DNA from: a virus
IMG/VR virus record: IMGVR_UViG_3300042922_000295
Location: 1 to 64,000 of that record
Strand: one strand, 5' to 3'
DNA length: 64,000 bases
The position numbers were made by a program, and so were the translations under genes. The notes below the pieces were generated by a model that had not been told where the DNA came from, ran no database searches, and saw only the letters and a program-made list of their open reading frames with translations. Below are positions 17,738-27,512 of this stretch, piece by piece; positions within the stretch are counted from its first letter, which is position 1; each line of letters opens with the position of its first letter.

Positions 17738-19282
17738 GTGACCAGCACCAAGCCGTCTTGCGAGACGTGTCCCGCCTTCATCAAGGCGGAGGATGTACCG
17801 GGCAAGCTCCGCCGCGCAACTGGCTCAGCCATGTGCGGACGGTTCTTGATCCCCCTTGACCGGCCGACACAGGCCGAGCCCAAGGTGCTGAAGAAGGTGC
17901 ACGAGCACTTCGCATCGACCTGCGGGTCGTACGGCGAGCCGATGCCACCGACGCCCGAGGAGGCGCGACTCACCGTCGCGTTCCCCGACCCCGACCGACA
18001 GGTCAACACGCAGGGCACACCCAACTCCGCTGCGGTGCAGTCATGCAGCGGCTGTGCGCACTTCGTGCGAGACGACGCCGTCGCCCGCGAGTTCGGCTGG
18101 GTGACCGGGATGTGCTCGGCCAAGGGCAAGCTCGTCCTCACCAACCGCCAGACGTACGAGGCCCGCGACTGCGACTTCCGTACGTTCGGGGCACCTCGGA
18201 CCGAGACAGACGGCATCACCCTGTTCCCCGAGTACGCCGATGACTTCGGAGCGTACGACCCGGTGAAGGACTTCATCAACAACCTGTCCTCCGGTCCGGT
18301 CGACCCGCTGTCCTACGAGAGCGACGCGCCGGTCACCGAAGCCGAGCAGGCCGAGGGTGTGCAGGCGTGGCGCAAGATCGAGGACCCCGAGACCGGGAAC
18401 AGCACCCTGCTGCCGATCTTCCGGCCGTCGTACTTCGACGAGGACATGCAGGCGCTCATCCCCAAGACGGGCGACCCCGAGCACCCCGAGAACTACGTCG
18501 ACCACTTCCGAGGTGTGTACCTCGCTGCCGTGTGCTGGCAGGAGCTGGACGAGACGCCTGCCCTGTGGGGACAGGCCGGGACCGGCAAGACGGAGTTGTT
18601 CCGTCACCTCGCCTGGCTCATGCAGCTTCCGTTCCGCCGCATCAGCATCACAGGGTCGACGGAGCTGGACGACCTCGCCGGGAAGATGCGGTTCAACAAG
18701 GAGCAGGGTACGTACTTCCAGTACGGCCGTCTCCCGATGGCATGGTCGCACCCGGGTGTCATCTGCATCGACGAGCCGAACACCGGCGCGCCTGACGTGT
18801 GGCAGTTCATCCGCCCGCTGACGGACAACAGCAAGCAGCTCGTCCTCGACATGAACAAGGGCGAGGTCATCAAGCGTCACGACAGCGCGTACCTCGGCAT
18901 GGCGATGAACCCAAGCTGGGACGTCAAGAACGTCGGCACCATCGAGATCGGTGACGCAGACGCTAACCGACTGTTCCACGTCTACGTCGACCTGCCGCCG
19001 GAGAAGTTGGAACGCGAGATCATCAAGGCTCGCGTGAAGCTCGACGGCTGGGAGCTGTCCGGTCCTCAGATGGACATGCTCATGGGCGTGGCCAGGGACC
19101 TGCGCGCCCTCGTGGTCGACGGTTCGCTGCCGATCTCGTGGGCCATCCGCCCCCAGATCAAGGTCGCCCGCGCCCTGCGCTGGTTCGACACGGTCACGGC
19201 GTACAGGCGTGCCGTTGCTGACTACCTGGAGCCTGCCACCCAGGACATCATCCTGGACGTCGTGCGCTCGCACGCGTCCTGA
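17738..19282 (+). CDS. MoxR/CobS-like AAA+ ATPase with Cys-rich N-terminal domain
   Basis: Walker A GQAGTGKT, Walker B ICIDEPN, AMNP sensor I, DADANRL. Confidence 0.9.
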   Translation: MTSTKPSCETCPAFIKAEDVPGKLRRATGSAMCGRFLIPLDRPTQAEPKVLKKVHEHFASTCGSYGEPMPPTPEEARLTVAFPDPDRQVNTQGTPNSAAVQSCSGCAHFVRDDAVAREFGWVTGMCSAKGKLVLTNRQTYEARDCDFRTFGAPRTETDGITLFPEYADDFGAYDPVKDFINNLSSGPVDPLSYESDAPVTEAEQAEGVQAWRKIEDPETGNSTLLPIFRPSYFDEDMQALIPKTGDPEHPENYVDHFRGVYLAAVCWQELDETPALWGQAGTGKTELFRHLAWLMQLPFRRISITGSTELDDLAGKMRFNKEQGTYFQYGRLPMAWSHPGVICIDEPNTGAPDVWQFIRPLTDNSKQLVLDMNKGEVIKRHDSAYLGMAMNPSWDVKNVGTIEIGDADANRLFHVYVDLPPEKLEREIIKARVKLDGWELSGPQMDMLMGVARDLRALVVDGSLPISWAIRPQIKVARALRWFDTVTAYRRAVADYLEPATQDIILDVVRSHAS

Positions 19283-19321
19283 TTCACCACCACCGACCCG
19301 ACACCTCGGAGGCATTACATC

Positions 19322-19807
19322 ATGAGCATCAACCCGACTGACATCGACCACCTGCTCGGCGACACCCTGACGATGCCGCCGCTCCACATCTACTCGGACA
19401 GCCAGGGGCAGGTACGTCTGCTCAAGCGGGCGCCCGTCCGACACGAGGCGTTCGCCGCCCACACGGCGCACGTGCAGGTGGTGCAGGCTGCGCCTCGCCG
19501 GACCCAGATCGAGCAGTTCGCCTGGGACCGGGCCGACTGGTTCACGGAGAAGTGGACCGCCTTCGTCGACGCCGAGGGCGACTCGCTCACGCCGATCTTC
19601 GACGAGGTCAAGCGCGAGCAGGAGGAGCGCGCCAAGGCGGCGCCGATGACGATGACCCGCCTGCGCAAGATGAAGGTCGCTGACCTGCGCGAGTGGGTTC
19701 GGGCGAACATCGACCCCGACCTCCGTCGCGACGAGGTCATCGACGCGGCTAGCAAGTACGTGCTGCTGCACATCAGCCGCGACGACATCCTGCCCAAGCT
19801 GGGCTGA
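19322..19807 (+). CDS. Hypothetical protein (C-terminal small helical domain)
   Basis: GGAGG RBS; LRKMKVADLREW resembles SAP/Rho-N-type motifs. Confidence 0.8.
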   Translation: MSINPTDIDHLLGDTLTMPPLHIYSDSQGQVRLLKRAPVRHEAFAAHTAHVQVVQAAPRRTQIEQFAWDRADWFTEKWTAFVDAEGDSLTPIFDEVKREQEERAKAAPMTMTRLRKMKVADLREWVRANIDPDLRRDEVIDAASKYVLLHISRDDILPKLG

Positions 19808-19810
19808 CCG

Positions 19811-19990
19811 ATGGCTACCTGGGTGGTGGCGCGCACCGCAAGGAAGCGCCCCACGCTCATGCACAGCCTGGACCCTGACCGGGTCGGGTACACTCTGTGT
19901 GGCGTCGATGTGTCGGCATGGTCGCGTGCGTACTTCAACGCACCCATCCCGCAGATCGAGTGCCTCCGATGCAAGGGAGTTCGCAGGTGA
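19811..19990 (+). CDS. Small zinc-binding protein (59 aa, not in ORF track)
   Basis: H...TLCG...CLRC; GTGA overlap with next gene. Confidence 0.7.
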   Translation: MATWVVARTARKRPTLMHSLDPDRVGYTLCGVDVSAWSRAYFNAPIPQIECLRCKGVRR

Positions 19991-22920
19991 CCAACACGCT
20001 TCCGTTCGAGGGTTCCGCCGAGGAGCGCACGGAGAAGGCGCAGGCTGCGGTCAAGGTGTTCCGCAGCATGCTACCCAGCCTCAACGGCTTCGTGCGTGCC
20101 CTCACGGGGAACCCTCGTGCCCGCATCGAGGTGCACCCTACCTCGAACGGTGGGACCGATGGGCAGACGATCATGTACCGTCCGCCCATCGCCCTGGGTG
20201 ACAAGCGCCCGCACGACAAGGGGCTGTGCGACAAGCGGGACGACGCGGGGCAGCAGCGCTGCCCCGCGTGTCACCTGCGCGAGAGCATCCTCACGACGCT
20301 CTATCACGAGATGGCGCACATCGCCTTCAACACCTTCGCTCCAGTCAGCCCCGACCACGCGGCGGACTTCACCCGGCGAGCAGCCGAGGAGTGGGGATCG
20401 AAGTACGCCAAGGCAATCGTGGAGAGGCTCAACGCCTTGCCCGAGCGCCAGCGCAACAACTACCTCACGCTCGCCAGCATGCTCAGCCCCTTTCTCCCGC
20501 TCCTGCTGAACGGACTGGAGGACGCCCGGGTCAACGCTCGCATGTTCGCGGCTCGCCCCGGCACCCGCGCCATGTTCGAGGCGAACGTGCGCGAGGTGAT
20601 GGCGAACGGCTTCGAGACGCATGAGGGTACGGTGCGGTGGAACGAGCGCCCGCTCAACGCACAGATCACCATTGGCCTGTACGCGGTCGCCAGCGGGTAC
20701 GACTACACCGGCTGGTTCCACGAGAAGGTCGAGCACGACCTCAAGGATGCCAAGCTCGTCGGCATCTGCGAGCAGGTGGCCGGGTCCGAGGGTGCCGGTC
20801 AGGTGTACAACCTCGCCTTCAAGGCGCTGGCGCGACTGCGCGAACTCGGATACTGCCTGTCCGAGCGTGACCCCGACGTGGAGGAAGAAGAAGATGAGCA
20901 GCCCGACGACGAGTCAGTACCTGAGCCGGATAGCGGAGAGGGTGAGCAGCCGGACGGGGATGCCTCCGAACCCGAGCACGCTGACAGCGATCAGCAGGGC
21001 GAGGGTGAGGATGAACAACCGGAAGCTGAAGAAGCTGACGGGACGTCCGAACCTGACGGCAGCGCCGACGACAGCGACGCACACGCCGACCCAGATCAGC
21101 AGGGTTCTGACGAGCCAGACTCCGGCGAGGCGCCGTCCGACGAGCCTGCATCCGACGAAGCGGACGATGGTTCCGAGAGCGACGCTGGTGACCCCGGTGA
21201 CGGGGATTCGGGAGCCGGAGCTGACGACGATGGTGGTCCTGCAGACTCCGAGGATGCTGGTGACGATGCCGACTCTGAGGGCGATGACGGAGGAGCACCT
21301 GAAGGGGAAGGTGCTGACGGGCGACCTGACGAAGCTGGCGGCAGTGACGGAGTGGACGATCAGGACTCCGAAGCAGGCGATGACTCGTCAGGCCAGGATT
21401 CGGGCGAAGCGGATGCTTCGAACGAGCAGCAGGATGGGGTAGACTCCGATGGCGAAGAGAGTGCTAACGGTGGGGCGCCTGACTCCGAAGGAGAAGAGGG
21501 TGCTGATCAGCCCGAGGCAGGGGGAGAGCTGGGAACTGGTGATCGCTCCGCCGACGCGCCAGTGGCTGACAACGATGAGCCTCTGGACGGGGACGGAGCC
21601 GACGACGCTGGCGAGGGTCAGCCCGAAGGAGACGTGACCGATGGAGCAGCCCTGGGTGAAGCTGGAAGTCCAGGAGGGGCCGACGAAGGTGTATCGGGTG
21701 ACGTGCCTCCTGGGGACAGTGCAGACGTCGGTGAGGTTCGAGACGACGAGACGCCTGCCGCCGAGGCTGGCGAAGGCGACGATGGACGTCACGAGGTCAG
21801 CGACGACGGCGATCAACCGTCTGACAGCGATGGGGCGCTCGACGTCGGACCGGCGAAGAAGGCCGGATGGGCAGAGCCCCTCCCCGAGTACGGCGAAGCC
21901 CGAGATGTCGAGGGAGACCTCGACGCCGCCATGCACCACGACGGTGACCAGGTAGCACCTTCGGGAGACATCGTCTACGACACGCAGGACGACGCCGAGG
22001 AGGTTGCCCGGGAGATCATCCAGGGCATCTACTTCGAGACGGGGTCACTCAACGTCGCGGGCGTGGTCGAGCATCGTCGTGACGACGAGCGCACTGGCGC
22101 ACACTGGAGCGCGGCCAAGAGGTTCAACGCCTTCGACAGGCGCCAGCGTGGCATCGACGGTGACTTCACCGTGCCGGAGTCCGTGCTCGGTGCCGCCCTG
22201 CAGCGCATGCGTGTCGTGTTCTCCGAGAACCGTCGAGCCGTCCACACGCGCAACCTCAAGGCCGGGAAGGTCAACGCACGGTCGCTCGGCAAGCGTGCGT
22301 GGGGTGACGACGAGCGGCTGTTCCGCCGCAAGCAGCAGCCGGGCAAGCGTGACTACTCGGTCGTCATCGGTATGGACATCAGCGGCTCGACGGCCGGGCA
22401 GGAGATCGCCATTGAGAAGCGGGCCGTCATGGCGCAGGCTGAGCTGCTCAACCGTATGGGTATCAGGTTCGCCATCGTGGCGCACTCGACCCAGCATGGT
22501 GGCGTACCAGGCATGACCGGCGGCATCACGCTGAGCATGTACCACGTCAAGGAGTTCGACCAGCCGTGGACGGACAAGACGCGGGACAACCTGTCGTCGT
22601 TGGCATCTGGCAACGGCAACCTCGACGGTCACAGCATGGAGTTCTACCGCAAGATGCTGGACCGAGAGAACACCACCGACCGCATCATCATGTACTACAC
22701 TGACGGCGCAATGCCTGCCTCCAACTACGACGAGGAACTTGAAATCCTGCGTCGGGAGCTCCAGGTGTGCGCCCAGAAACGGTACACCGTGATGGGAGTC
22801 GGCATCCGTACAGACTCGCCCACGGAGCACGGACTCGACACGGTCGTGGTGGAAGAAGACTCCGATATCGTCAACGTCGTGAAGTTCCTGGAGCGGCGGC
22901 TAGAGCGTACGGTACGGTAG
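19987..22920 (+). CDS. CobT-like protein: HExxH domain, long acidic linker, vWA domain
   Basis: HEMAH, LNGLEDARV, D/E/G-rich middle, MIDAS DISGS...TDG. Confidence 0.88.
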   Translation: MTNTLPFEGSAEERTEKAQAAVKVFRSMLPSLNGFVRALTGNPRARIEVHPTSNGGTDGQTIMYRPPIALGDKRPHDKGLCDKRDDAGQQRCPACHLRESILTTLYHEMAHIAFNTFAPVSPDHAADFTRRAAEEWGSKYAKAIVERLNALPERQRNNYLTLASMLSPFLPLLLNGLEDARVNARMFAARPGTRAMFEANVREVMANGFETHEGTVRWNERPLNAQITIGLYAVASGYDYTGWFHEKVEHDLKDAKLVGICEQVAGSEGAGQVYNLAFKALARLRELGYCLSERDPDVEEEEDEQPDDESVPEPDSGEGEQPDGDASEPEHADSDQQGEGEDEQPEAEEADGTSEPDGSADDSDAHADPDQQGSDEPDSGEAPSDEPASDEADDGSESDAGDPGDGDSGAGADDDGGPADSEDAGDDADSEGDDGGAPEGEGADGRPDEAGGSDGVDDQDSEAGDDSSGQDSGEADASNEQQDGVDSDGEESANGGAPDSEGEEGADQPEAGGELGTGDRSADAPVADNDEPLDGDGADDAGEGQPEGDVTDGAALGEAGSPGGADEGVSGDVPPGDSADVGEVRDDETPAAEAGEGDDGRHEVSDDGDQPSDSDGALDVGPAKKAGWAEPLPEYGEARDVEGDLDAAMHHDGDQVAPSGDIVYDTQDDAEEVAREIIQGIYFETGSLNVAGVVEHRRDDERTGAHWSAAKRFNAFDRRQRGIDGDFTVPESVLGAALQRMRVVFSENRRAVHTRNLKAGKVNARSLGKRAWGDDERLFRRKQQPGKRDYSVVIGMDISGSTAGQEIAIEKRAVMAQAELLNRMGIRFAIVAHSTQHGGVPGMTGGITLSMYHVKEFDQPWTDKTRDNLSSLASGNGNLDGHSMEFYRKMLDRENTTDRIIMYYTDGAMPASNYDEELEILRRELQVCAQKRYTVMGVGIRTDSPTEHGLDTVVVEEDSDIVNVVKFLERRLERTVR

Positions 22921-23035
22921 TCGTAGGTCCCCACGGGAACGGGGGCCACAGCCAGGCGACGGCGCGGCCCGTTGGCACGAGCGGCGCGGCCCGTCGCCTG
23001 GCTCGCCCCCCGACACACACACGAAAGAAGGAACA

Positions 23036-23482
23036 ATGAGCAACGCGGACTACAGCGAGTTCGAGGGCAAGAAGGTCATCCTCACCGCCACCGTCGACGG
23101 CGAGCAGGTCGAGCTGGAGGGCACCGCCGAGACGGTGAACGAGCTCGCCATCCTGTTCAAGCCGAAGGGCAAGGCGAAGCTCGACATCATCGAGGCCGAG
23201 AACATCGTCGGCGTCCGGTACGCGCCGGAGAAGCCGAAGACGCTCAAGGCGAAGTCGCTCCTCCCGATCCAGTACGGGCAGGCGCGCCAGCACCTCATCG
23301 ACCGGCACGGCTACACGCTCTCGGACATCAACGCGATGACCGAGGAGCAGGCGTACAACTTCCACAAGGAGCTCGACCACAAGGCGAGCGACCTCGGCCA
23401 CGTCCACGCGGCCAAGGAGCAGACCGAGGCCGAGGCCGCCGTCGAGGCCGTCGAGTCCGGCGAGACCGACTCCGAGGCCTGA
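23036..23482 (+). CDS. Hypothetical protein, likely highly expressed
   Basis: AAGGA RBS, very strong codon bias. Confidence 0.85.
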   Translation: MSNADYSEFEGKKVILTATVDGEQVELEGTAETVNELAILFKPKGKAKLDIIEAENIVGVRYAPEKPKTLKAKSLLPIQYGQARQHLIDRHGYTLSDINAMTEEQAYNFHKELDHKASDLGHVHAAKEQTEAEAAVEAVESGETDSEA

Positions 23483-23707
23483 GAGAGCCTTCGGGGTTCC
23501 CTCCCGACGTCCGGCAGGCGCGGCGGTCGAGGGTTTCCAACAGGGGTGAGGCTAGCGGCGAGGTTGTCGGACCGGTCGCTGCAGGCCCTTCCCAAGTCTG
23601 CCTCATAAACGGTCCCGGGCGGCGGCATTCTACGCCGTGCGCCCGGGACTGATTAAAGGATGAGTGTGGTCGGCAAGAACTCATCACAAAAACTCCTGCC
23701 GGGCACT

Positions 23708-23750
23708 CGCCCCGCACCTGGTTCCCCTGGCCAGGTGCGGGGCGTTCGTG
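23708..23750 (+). terminator. Probable terminator
   Basis: CGCCCCGCACCTGG / CCAGGTGCGGGGCG-TTCGT. Confidence 0.7.
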
Positions 23751-23788
23751 CTGACCCAACCAGACCCCAATGACGGGAGACAAGACGC

Positions 23789-24007
23789 GTGGACATCGCA
23801 CTCATCATCCTCATCGCCTACCTCATCATCGGCGCCGTCGTCGGCACGGTGCTCGTGTTCGTGGGCGAGCGAGGCAACAACGACGACCTGTACGCGTTCC
23901 TCGGAGGCCTCATCTTCTGGCCGCTCGTGGTGACCGTGCTGCTCGGCTTCTTCTTCTACAACATCATCCGCAAGACGGCGGACAAGATGAACGAGACCGG
24001 GCTGTGA
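23789..24007 (+). CDS. Two-TM membrane protein
   Basis: Two hydrophobic segments with FWP motif. Confidence 0.8.
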   Translation: MDIALIILIAYLIIGAVVGTVLVFVGERGNNDDLYAFLGGLIFWPLVVTVLLGFFFYNIIRKTADKMNETGL

Positions 24008-24281
24008 CCACCGAGCCGACCGTGGCGCCACGGGTGCCACGCGCCCCGCACACGGGCGCCGACGCCCCGGCCGCTACCCCGGTAGCCTCCGACGAGGAGC
24101 GGCCGTCCACGGGGCGCACGCACGACCGGGCATCTTCCCGCCAGTGGCGAGACGGCATGCTCCTCATCAACCTTCTACCGTCTCAGCGTCGAGACGGGAC
24201 GATGGCCGTGGTGGACTCCCGTGGTCGCATCCGCGACTACGACAGTGGCGAGCTGCTCGCCGTGACTAGAAGGAAGTCGAA

Positions 24282-24560
24282 GTGAAGAAGGCACTCGCAC
24301 TTGCTGCGGCGGTCGCTGTTGCACTCGTCGCCACCGCATGTACCCCCGACATGGAGTCGGGGGTGGTGATCGCCAAGGACCACCAGTCGGGACACTGGAT
24401 GCACTGCGGCAAGGGCTGCATGATCTGGAACGACGAGGAGTGGAACCTCCGCATCCAGGGGGTCAACGAGGAGGGCGAAGAGGCTACCGGCTGGGTCGAC
24501 GTCCCCATGGAGGTTTGGGACGCCACCGAGGTCGGCGACGAGTACCCTCCCCGTGGTTGA
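24282..24560 (+). CDS. Lipoprotein
   Basis: MKKALALAAAVAVALVATA-C lipobox-like signal. Confidence 0.75.
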   Translation: MKKALALAAAVAVALVATACTPDMESGVVIAKDHQSGHWMHCGKGCMIWNDEEWNLRIQGVNEEGEEATGWVDVPMEVWDATEVGDEYPPRG

Positions 24561-25323
24561 CGGCTGGCCGGGCGTCACCTGGCAGGAGGACATCGGGCGC
24601 TGGCTGTTCGAGTGCCCCGAGCCCAGGTGCTGGTGGCGCCTACTCATCAAGCACGAGCACGACACGGAGCACACCTGCCCGCACGAGGGGCAGGTCACGT
24701 ACGGATGGAGCGAGACGGTGAAGCTGGTCAGCCAGATCTGGGAGATGCTCGACAAGTGCATCGACGACGTGAAGAACCCCGAGGTGAACGAGGCACAGCG
24801 GGCCGTCGCAGGCAACCAGGCCAGGGCCTACTGCAACACGCTGGTGCTGTTCATGACGCCGATCTTCTCCACCAGCAACGACGTCGCCAAGGAGGCGATG
24901 GCACGCTGGCGCGCCCGGCGAGACGGTGTCGAGCACCACACGCCCGGCATGATGCACGCCACCTACAAGACCGTGCTCGACGGTGACGTCTGGTACGAGG
25001 GGACGGACGGATTCACCTCGGACCCGGCCTTCGCCTCGGGTGCGCCGCGCATCAACAACGAGACCGTGAAGAACCGGATGAAGGGCGCGCTAGATGCGGC
25101 GGCGTCGCAGTCCGGCGCGGAGGCCACACGCCTCCATTGGGAGAAGCAGGGCAAGCCGCACATGGGCCGACCCCGCCAGCCCGAGCTGCCTGTCGCCCAC
25201 AACCTGGACGACAAGCAGGTTGCTGTCGTCAAGCAGTTCGCCGCCGCCGGTGCGTCTCACGACGAGCTGGCGAAGATGTTCAGCGTCAGTGCTGCGCAGA
25301 TTGCGTCGATCGTTTCGATTTGA
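24553..25323 (+). CDS. Hypothetical protein with C-terminal HTH
   Basis: GRP...GASHDELAKMFSVSAAQIASIV. Confidence 0.75.
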   Translation: MVDGWPGVTWQEDIGRWLFECPEPRCWWRLLIKHEHDTEHTCPHEGQVTYGWSETVKLVSQIWEMLDKCIDDVKNPEVNEAQRAVAGNQARAYCNTLVLFMTPIFSTSNDVAKEAMARWRARRDGVEHHTPGMMHATYKTVLDGDVWYEGTDGFTSDPAFASGAPRINNETVKNRMKGALDAAASQSGAEATRLHWEKQGKPHMGRPRQPELPVAHNLDDKQVAVVKQFAAAGASHDELAKMFSVSAAQIASIVSI

Positions 25324-25393
25324 GAAACTTATCGGCGTAGTGTACGATAGCGCTATGTGTTCATGACCCGACACGGAGAAACGAGATTCAAGA

Positions 25394-25870
25394 ATGGACA
25401 CCTTCATTCCACTGAGGAGCTTCGAGGCTTCGGCTGAGGTTCTTCGTCCGCAGGAGGCACTGATCAGCCTGGAGGGCGCCATCCGGCTCCTTGAGCTCGA
25501 TCACGAGGTTGGCAACCTCGACCGCAACAAGATGATCGCTCGGCACCCGCTCGTGCAGATGTGGGGCAGGCACACTCCCGTGCTGTGCACGTACGCCTAC
25601 GCCATGCTGGAGCGCATGAAGAGCGACCAGGAGCACCGGCGCCTCCCGAACAGCCAGCGCATGAACTTCTCCAAGCTGGAGAAGAACCTCGACTATCACA
25701 TGGAGTGCGCCTCGTCGGGCGAGCTCGTGATGGAGAAGCCGCGCTGGCTGGGCAACGAGAAGTTCCACCAGACGCAGCGCGCTGCGCTCATGCGCCTCGA
25801 ACCGGAGCACTACGGCAAGGAGTGGCCGGACGAGGACATGCACTACCCGACCTTCTGGCCGGTGTCCTGA
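25394..25870 (+). CDS. Pyrimidine-dimer DNA glycosylase (DenV)/MSMEG_6728-like protein
   Basis: MDTFIP..SF..SA..L, HPLVQMW, PRWLG...H......L, WPV. Confidence 0.8.
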   Translation: MDTFIPLRSFEASAEVLRPQEALISLEGAIRLLELDHEVGNLDRNKMIARHPLVQMWGRHTPVLCTYAYAMLERMKSDQEHRRLPNSQRMNFSKLEKNLDYHMECASSGELVMEKPRWLGNEKFHQTQRAALMRLEPEHYGKEWPDEDMHYPTFWPVS

Positions 25871-26320
25871 ATGGCGAAGAACACGGTCGAAGCCTGCATG
25901 TTCTGCGGGTCGGTTCCGTGCGAGTGCAACAAGCCTGCACCGAAGCCGAAGGCAGCGAAGCGTGCACCGCGCACGCCGAAGCCTGTCGAGGTCGAGGCTA
26001 CGGCGACGGCGCCCGCGCCTTCGCCTGCCGAAGACATAGCGCTAGGTGAACCGTCCGGGGGCAAAAAGATCAACGTGCGAGCTGCGATGAAGGCGACGGC
26101 GAAGCCGCTACCGCCGAAGTCGGAGCCCGCACCACCGGCACCTGTCGATGACGGGAGTGTCAGTCCGGAGTTGGCGTCCGCGTTGCGGGTGCTCGACACG
26201 GTCGGCATCCTGCACCCGACGGAGCGCCGCAAGTACTCCGATGTACTCGACGCCGAGCCCGACGTCGAGGAGCGCAAGGTGACGTTCAGGAAGGCGAGGG
26301 AGTATGCCCAAGGCACGTAA
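25871..26320 (+). CDS. Hypothetical protein
   Basis: CxxC..PCxC then Pro/Ala/Lys-rich. Confidence 0.7.
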   Translation: MAKNTVEACMFCGSVPCECNKPAPKPKAAKRAPRTPKPVEVEATATAPAPSPAEDIALGEPSGGKKINVRAAMKATAKPLPPKSEPAPPAPVDDGSVSPELASALRVLDTVGILHPTERRKYSDVLDAEPDVEERKVTFRKAREYAQGT

Positions 26321-26537
26321 CTACCGAGGCCAGCGTCCCCGGCAGCTCACCGACGAGGACATCGCCTGGTTCGAGGACACCAAGCTCGACAAGCCGCTGA
26401 CGATGGAGGACGTGAAGGCGCTCCTTCGTCAGCGCAACCCGGTTCGATGGTGGCGGCTGCAGAACGACTTCAAGTGGATGCAGCGCCAGCTTCGCAAGAT
26501 GGGGCGGAACCCCGAGGATGCGAGGTGGTTGTTTTGA
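26304..26537 (+). CDS. Hypothetical protein
   Basis: GGGAG RBS, coupled. Confidence 0.75.
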   Translation: MPKARNYRGQRPRQLTDEDIAWFEDTKLDKPLTMEDVKALLRQRNPVRWWRLQNDFKWMQRQLRKMGRNPEDARWLF

Positions 26538-27277
26538 GCGCCCTGGAGGACTCGCTCCGCAAGCTCGTCCGCTTCGATGGGAACAACTTCCGACTGAAGT
26601 GCATGTTCACAGAGGGCAGTGAGTGCAAGACGAGTTGGTGCAGGCACCGGAGCGACTACATCAACCGTCGCCTCGACAGCAGGGCCATCTTCGACCTGTT
26701 CTTCGGCGAGGATGGCGAGATGCTAGGGCAGGACGAGATCGACCTCCTCGCCCCCATCCGCCCGACCGCCGACAAGTGGTCAGCGGTTCGCCTGAAAGTC
26801 GTGAGTTACAACATCCTCAGTGTGATCGACCCGAACGACGAGAGCGTCTTCTACGGTGTCATAGGCGCCGGACAGGGCCTGCGAGACGTTCGCGATCTGT
26901 GGTTCGACTCCATGCAGCAGCGGGTCGAGATTCACGGGGAGGGCACCGAAGAGGGGCGCAAGCTCCTCAAGTGCACCGGCGCCCACGGATGGAAGGCCAA
27001 GACGGCGGAAGCCCTGGTCGTCAAGAACAAGGCCCAGGTCAACCAGTACAACATCGAGGTACACCTCACGGGCAAGTGTCCGACCTGTTCCCGGAGCGAG
27101 GGCTTCGAGAACTACGAGGACATGATCCCCGAGATTCAGAACACCGAGCGCAAGACCGTCTGGCAGCGCCAGCAGGAGCGCGCCAACGGTGGGCAGCTCA
27201 GCCGGTACGCCGTCCAGGCTGGGTCGTACATGGACAAGGACGGCAACACCTGGCACTACGATCCGAACGCCTTCTAG
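26534..27277 (+). CDS. Hypothetical protein (SWIM-like Cys/His motif)
   Basis: TTGA overlap; C...C....CRH. Confidence 0.7.
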   Translation: MSALEDSLRKLVRFDGNNFRLKCMFTEGSECKTSWCRHRSDYINRRLDSRAIFDLFFGEDGEMLGQDEIDLLAPIRPTADKWSAVRLKVVSYNILSVIDPNDESVFYGVIGAGQGLRDVRDLWFDSMQQRVEIHGEGTEEGRKLLKCTGAHGWKAKTAEALVVKNKAQVNQYNIEVHLTGKCPTCSRSEGFENYEDMIPEIQNTERKTVWQRQQERANGGQLSRYAVQAGSYMDKDGNTWHYDPNAF

Positions 27278-27287
27278 GAGAGAACAA

Positions 27288-27512
27288 GTGAAGCAGCGAG
27301 TCTACCGATGCACCCGGTGCCGACGTGGCGAGGAGTCGGGTATCACCCGCGAGAAGCTCATGGTCAAGAAGGCCGTGTTCTACACCATGGGTGTCGCGCC
27401 CAAGATCATCCGATCCCGACGCCTCGACTGGCTCTGCCCCGCGTGCGTGGCCGAGGACCCCGACTGGCAGAAGGAGTCCCAGCAGGGCGCTTCGGAGGCC
27501 CTCGTTGGCTAG
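27288..27512 (+). CDS. Small zinc-ribbon protein
   Basis: AGGAG RBS; CTRC...CPAC. Confidence 0.75.
   Translation: MKQRVYRCTRCRRGEESGITREKLMVKKAVFYTMGVAPKIIRSRRLDWLCPACVAEDPDWQKESQQGASEALVG

Noticed and set aside
17738-22920. Cobalamin biosynthesis (cobS/cobT) annotation
   Set aside because: No cobN or other cob genes are present; the similarity reflects the general MoxR-vWA family.
23483-23750. tRNA genes
   Set aside because: No cloverleaf with T-loop GTTCRA and acceptor stem was found here or noticed elsewhere; a tRNAscan-SE run would be decisive.
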